From Candidatus Falkowbacteria bacterium (lineage in GTDB: Bacteria; Patescibacteriota; Patescibacteriia; UBA11705): 64,000 bases of DNA. The stretch spans positions 1,319 through 65,318 of the forward strand of contig DOZJ01000005.1 of assembly GCA_003518055.1 (NCBI GenBank), read 5' to 3'. A program made the position numbers and the translations under genes. Under the pieces are notes generated by a model. It was given only the letters and a program-made list of their open reading frames with translations. It ran no database searches and was not told the origin of the DNA. Shown here piece after piece: positions 60,042 through 64,000 of the stretch; the first letter of the stretch is position 1, and every line of letters starts with the position of its first letter.

Positions 60042-60214
60042 TGACTCAATTATACCTGATAAAAAGTAAAAAATCAAGCCCCTGAACCTTCCCGAGTATA
60101 ACACAAAATGTTATTTCCGCCAAATCCCATACCGCTTGCTTATTTCCGCTTCTCCCACTATAATGGTCTTAATGAAACTAAGCCTTGAATCCTCTTAGTT
60201 TTCTTTTGGTTTTT

Positions 60215-61684
60215 ATGCTGCAAAAATACAAGAAAAATCTTGATGACCACAATATTAATCTGCTTGACTACACCGACAACCAAAGCCCCAAAGGCCGGCC
60301 GTTTTTCAAAGTCAGCAAATTTATTGTTTACATGTTGACCACCCTCGTCATTATATTCTTCATTTTTACCTATCAAATTCTCTTTACCAACAGCAGCTTC
60401 GTGGACTCCCTCGGCGGTTCAGGCGGATTTTTCAAACAATTGACATCCATTGCCAAAAGCTCTGACCAACTCCAAGGTTACGAAGATGATCGGATCAATA
60501 TTTTACTCCTTGGTATTGGCGGCGAAGGTCATGATGGACCGAATTTAACCGACACTATCATGATTGCCAGCCTCAAACCATCAACCAAATCAGTTGGATT
60601 CATTTCCATACCGCGAGACCTGCTGGTTGATATTCCCGGCCAAGGGCTGTGGAAAATAAACAACGCCAATCATTTTGGTGAAAAGGAAAAAACCGGACAC
60701 GGACCAGAACTGACCAGCCAAGTAGTCTCAAATATCACCGGTATTCCCATTCACTATTATATCCGCGTTGATTTTGACGGGTTTGCCCAAATTATCGACG
60801 ATCTGGGCGGGGTCAAAGTTTACGTTGATCGCAGTTTTGTCGACTATCAATATCCGGCGGCCAATTACAAATATCAAGTCGTGTCTTTTGATCAGGGCTG
60901 GCAAACCATGGACGGCGACGCGGCCCTCAAATTCGCCCGGTCAAGACACGGCAACAACGGTGAAGGCTCTGATTTCTCCCGATCCAACCGCCAGCAAAAA
61001 ATCATTGCCGCCGCCAAAGATCGCGCCTTTTCCTTTCGCACCCTTTTCAACCCAAGCAAAATCAACAAAATGCTGAAAACACTCGACACCCACATTGCGA
61101 CCAACATGTCCATTTCCGAAATTATCGAACTGTATAAATTATCAAAAAATCTCAACACCGATAACCCGATAAACCTTATTCTCGACGACGGCCCCAATGG
61201 TTATTTATTTTCTTCCATGGTGAACAATTCTTATGTTCTGCAACCTAGAGGCGGCAGCTATACCGCTATCAGTTCAGCCGTCAAGCATATTTTTGATCAA
61301 ACCACCATCGAGTCGCCCAAAATGCAGACCGCTTCCATTGAAATCCGCAATGGTACAACGATCAATGGCCTAGCCTTCGAAACTTCACAAACATTAAAAA
61401 ACCTCGGCTACAAAATCATCAAAATCGGCAACGCGCCAACGCAAAACTATCCCGAGACGCAAATATACCAACTCCAAGCCGATGCCAATCAAGAATCATT
61501 AGATAACCTGAAATCAACTTTTAACGCGGTTCTTGTTGATTCGGTTCCCGAGTGGATCCGCGAAGACGCTGAACTCACCACCGAATTTTACATTATTCTC
61601 GGAGACCCCGATCACATTGAAACCGCGCTGCCTGAGACCGCGCCGCAACCTTTAATCACCGACTCATCCGCTGACAACCAATAA
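60215..61684 (+). CDS. LytR-CpsA-Psr (LCP) family protein with LytR C-terminal domain
   Basis: [27 protein letters not shown]...SDF.R..RQQ; IEIRNGT..NGLA. Confidence 0.93.
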   Translation: MLQKYKKNLDDHNINLLDYTDNQSPKGRPFFKVSKFIVYMLTTLVIIFFIFTYQILFTNSSFVDSLGGSGGFFKQLTSIAKSSDQLQGYEDDRINILLLGIGGEGHDGPNLTDTIMIASLKPSTKSVGFISIPRDLLVDIPGQGLWKINNANHFGEKEKTGHGPELTSQVVSNITGIPIHYYIRVDFDGFAQIIDDLGGVKVYVDRSFVDYQYPAANYKYQVVSFDQGWQTMDGDAALKFARSRHGNNGEGSDFSRSNRQQKIIAAAKDRAFSFRTLFNPSKINKMLKTLDTHIATNMSISEIIELYKLSKNLNTDNPINLILDDGPNGYLFSSMVNNSYVLQPRGGSYTAISSAVKHIFDQTTIESPKMQTASIEIRNGTTINGLAFETSQTLKNLGYKIIKIGNAPTQNYPETQIYQLQADANQESLDNLKSTFNAVLVDSVPEWIREDAELTTEFYIILGDPDHIETALPETAPQPLITDSSADNQ

Positions 61685-61685
61685 T

Positions 61686-63065
61686 ATGACCTCATCAAAA
61701 CTTCCCAACGTCGTCCTGCTCGGCCGCACCAACGTCGGCAAATCAACGCTATTCAACACCCTGACAGAAACTCAGACCGCGATTGTCACCCGCACCGCCG
61801 GAACCACCAGAAACCCCAACCAAGGTGTTTGTTTTTGGCACAAAAAAATGTTTAATTTGATCGACACCGCCGGTCTCGATGTGTCTTCTGATGAGGCGAT
61901 CGATAAAAAAGCGATTAACCAAGCCAAAAAACATGCCGCCTCAGCCGACCTGAATCTGCTCTTGGTCGATGCCAAATCAGGCCTATTGCCTCAGGACAAA
62001 GCTTACGCGCTGATGCTAAAAAAACTGGGCAAACCGGTGATTTTGGTCATCAACAAAGTGGACAGCCGCAAACAACTCAATTCACTCGGTGAATTCGAAA
62101 AATTAGGTTTCAAAAATATCGAATTGGTCTCCGCCGCCTCCGGCGCCGGCACCGGTGATTTCTTGGACTCAGTCGTCGAGCATTTGGGTGACAAAGCACC
62201 CGCCGCCGAATTACCGGTTGAAGCCAAAACAGTCAACGTCGCCATCGTGGGTAAACCCAACGTCGGCAAATCAAGCTTGCTCAATCGCTTGGCCGCCAAA
62301 GAAATTTCCATTACCAGCCAAGTAGCCAACACCACCCGCGACACCAAAGAATATTTTCTCGAGTTAACCCATCACGACGAACCGCTCACGCTCAAATTTA
62401 TCGACACCGCCGGTCTGCGCCGCGAGGCCAAAATAAAAAACGAAATTGACATTCTCAGCCGAGACCGATCCATGGATGCCATCAAACACGCGAACATTGT
62501 TTTACTTATTATTGACGCCACCGAAGATATTACCGCTCAAGACAAAAACATCACCAAAGAAATCATCGAAAGCAGCAAAAGTTTGATCTTTGTCGTCAAT
62601 AAATGGGATTTGGTAACCGAAAAAGATACCAGCAGCGACAAAGAATTCATCGAATACATTCACCGCGCCTTCCCCTATCTGACGTGGGCTCCGGTTGTCT
62701 TTCTCTCCGCCAAAACCGGCTTCAAGCTGGATCGGCTGGTCAAATTAATTTTAGAGGTGAATGATAAACAAAATTTAGTCATTAGAGACAGAGAACTCGA
62801 AAAATTTTTAAAGTATATCATCAAGAAACAAGCGCCGCGCAAAAAAAAGGGTCTGAGACCGCCGTATCTTCATGAAATCAAACAAATCAAAACCAATCCG
62901 CAAACTTTTGAAATCAAAGCCGACCAGCCGGAAAACATTCATTTTTCCTATATCCGCTTTATCAAAAATAAACTGCGGGAAAACTTTGATTTAGCCGGGG
63001 TGGGGCTAAAAGTTTTTTCCAGCTATTACCGGCGAGTCAAATCACACCAAACAAAAAAATACTAA
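61686..63065 (+). CDS. der: Ribosome biogenesis GTPase Der (EngA)
   Basis: Two GTPase domains: [17 protein letters not shown] and [17 protein letters not shown]. Confidence 0.97.
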   Translation: MTSSKLPNVVLLGRTNVGKSTLFNTLTETQTAIVTRTAGTTRNPNQGVCFWHKKMFNLIDTAGLDVSSDEAIDKKAINQAKKHAASADLNLLLVDAKSGLLPQDKAYALMLKKLGKPVILVINKVDSRKQLNSLGEFEKLGFKNIELVSAASGAGTGDFLDSVVEHLGDKAPAAELPVEAKTVNVAIVGKPNVGKSSLLNRLAAKEISITSQVANTTRDTKEYFLELTHHDEPLTLKFIDTAGLRREAKIKNEIDILSRDRSMDAIKHANIVLLIIDATEDITAQDKNITKEIIESSKSLIFVVNKWDLVTEKDTSSDKEFIEYIHRAFPYLTWAPVVFLSAKTGFKLDRLVKLILEVNDKQNLVIRDRELEKFLKYIIKKQAPRKKKGLRPPYLHEIKQIKTNPQTFEIKADQPENIHFSYIRFIKNKLRENFDLAGVGLKVFSSYYRRVKSHQTKKY

Positions 63066-63104
63066 CAACCCTAATTTTTTGGTCTTTTGCTTTTAACTTT
63101 TCAT

Positions 63105-63653
63105 ATGAAACTTATCATCGGCCTCGGCAATCCCGGCTTAGACTATCAAAAAACCCGTCACAACGTCGGTTTCATGGCTCTCGACCATTTGTGGGCCGAC
63201 CACAAAGATGATTTTCATTTAACCGCGTGGACCAACCACAAAAAATTTTCCGCCGAGATCTCTGAAGGCATCGTCAATCAAGAAAAAATCATCCTCATCA
63301 AACCGAATACCTTCATGAACGAATCAGGTCGAGCAGCATCAGCTATCAGTCACTACTATCAAGTCGCCCCCTTGGATATAATTGTTGTTCACGATGACGT
63401 TGATTTGATTTTTGGGTCATACAAAATCCAAAAAAACATCTCCAGCGCCGGCCATAATGGCATCAAATCGATTATTCAACATCTAAAAACCGAACAATTT
63501 CATCGCGTCCGAATCGGGATAGCCAAAACTGACAAAGAGAAACAAGGCGACACCGCTAAATTTGTCCTTAATCAATTTTCCTTGTTTGAACGACTCAAAC
63601 TGAACAAACTCCTGACTCAAATCACTGAAGAAATCATTACTCTCATCAAATAA
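63105..63653 (+). CDS. pth: Peptidyl-tRNA hydrolase
   Basis: GLGNPG..Y..TRHNVGF, KPNTFMNESG, HDDVD, GHNGIKS. Confidence 0.97.
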   Translation: MKLIIGLGNPGLDYQKTRHNVGFMALDHLWADHKDDFHLTAWTNHKKFSAEISEGIVNQEKIILIKPNTFMNESGRAASAISHYYQVAPLDIIVVHDDVDLIFGSYKIQKNISSAGHNGIKSIIQHLKTEQFHRVRIGIAKTDKEKQGDTAKFVLNQFSLFERLKLNKLLTQITEEIITLIK

Positions 63654-63681
63654 AAACACGAGACCTTGGTCTCGTGTTTTT
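63652..63681 (+). terminator. Intrinsic terminator after pth
   Basis: AAAAACACGAGACC-TT-GGTCTCGTGTTTTT. Confidence 0.8.
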
Positions 63682-63685
63682 ATTC

Positions 63686-63846
63686 AAAAAACCTCTCTCG
63701 AGGTTTCACCAAAAATTCTCATCAATGCTCATCAGCGCAAATTGCTTAAGACCAGCTCAAGCAACTTAACTTCTGGGGCAGGAAGCTAGCACAGGAGGGG
63801 GGTACTGGCTTCACCCCGCTGATAAGCATTGATCAAAGTTCTTTCA
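63686..63846 (-). ncRNA. Candidate structured small RNA (~160 nt)
   Basis: Own promoter (TTGACA-N16-TAAGGT with extended TG, 63852-63879) and GAGA-loop terminator; 17-bp closing stem plus two hairpins; G-U pairs all fall on the minus strand. Confidence 0.65.
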
Positions 63847-63909
63847 TTCTCACCTTAACAAATTCTGTGATCATGTCAAGCCCAAAGAGAACACTTTTTG
63901 TGTTCAATT

Positions 63910-63934
63910 AAAAAAGGAGCCCATTTGCTCCTTC
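63910..63934 (-). terminator. Terminator of the gene at the right edge
   Basis: GAAGGAGC-AAATGG-GCTCCTTTTTT. Confidence 0.7.
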
Positions 63935-63937
63935 ATA

Positions 63938-64000
63938 TCAGTAACAATCAACCACAAAGTCAAACAATAAAGTCCCCCTGAATGCTGAATCATCACCACA
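63938..64000 (-). CDS. 3' end of an unidentified gene (partial)
   Basis: Open frame CGDDSAFRGTLLFDFVVDCY-stop just before a terminator. Confidence 0.4.
   Translation of the reverse strand, partial: CGDDSAFRGTLLFDFVVDCY

Noticed and set aside
63686-63846. Retron msr-msd (long terminal inverted repeats)
   Set aside because: No reverse transcriptase follows; the RNA ends at its own terminator facing pth.

Overview
AT-rich bacterial genome fragment whose gene content and style fit a Patescibacteria/CPR organism (Parcubacteria/ABY1-like; inferred). Standard genetic code: RF2 is present and TGA is used as a stop. The left ~28 kb is accessory. It holds a secreted SpvB/FG-GAP/YD(RHS) protein running off the left edge, a candidate RiPP locus (an unannotated 21-aa Cys-bearing peptide, a radical SAM/SPASM enzyme and a methyltransferase) with a divergent MetRS-like paralog and hydrolase-nucleotidyltransferase fusion, two DUF559 genes with REP-like palindromes around a GC-rich lipoprotein, a 3,000-aa Cys-rich surface protein and an AT-rich rhodanese/PEP-utiliser pair. 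The right part is mostly housekeeping: rsmA, prfB, htrA, nrdR-nrdD-nrdG with a split-off 51-aa glycyl-radical subunit, ftsA/ftsZ, ybeY, rpsU, a degenerate hisS paralog, lepB, an LCP protein, der and pth, plus pilin-like/Ig-like giant surface proteins. At the right edge is an independent ~160-nt structured ncRNA candidate with an anti-Shine-Dalgarno loop. No rRNA, tRNA, CRISPR array or transposase was seen. All calls come from reading the sequence and motifs by eye; no database searches were run.
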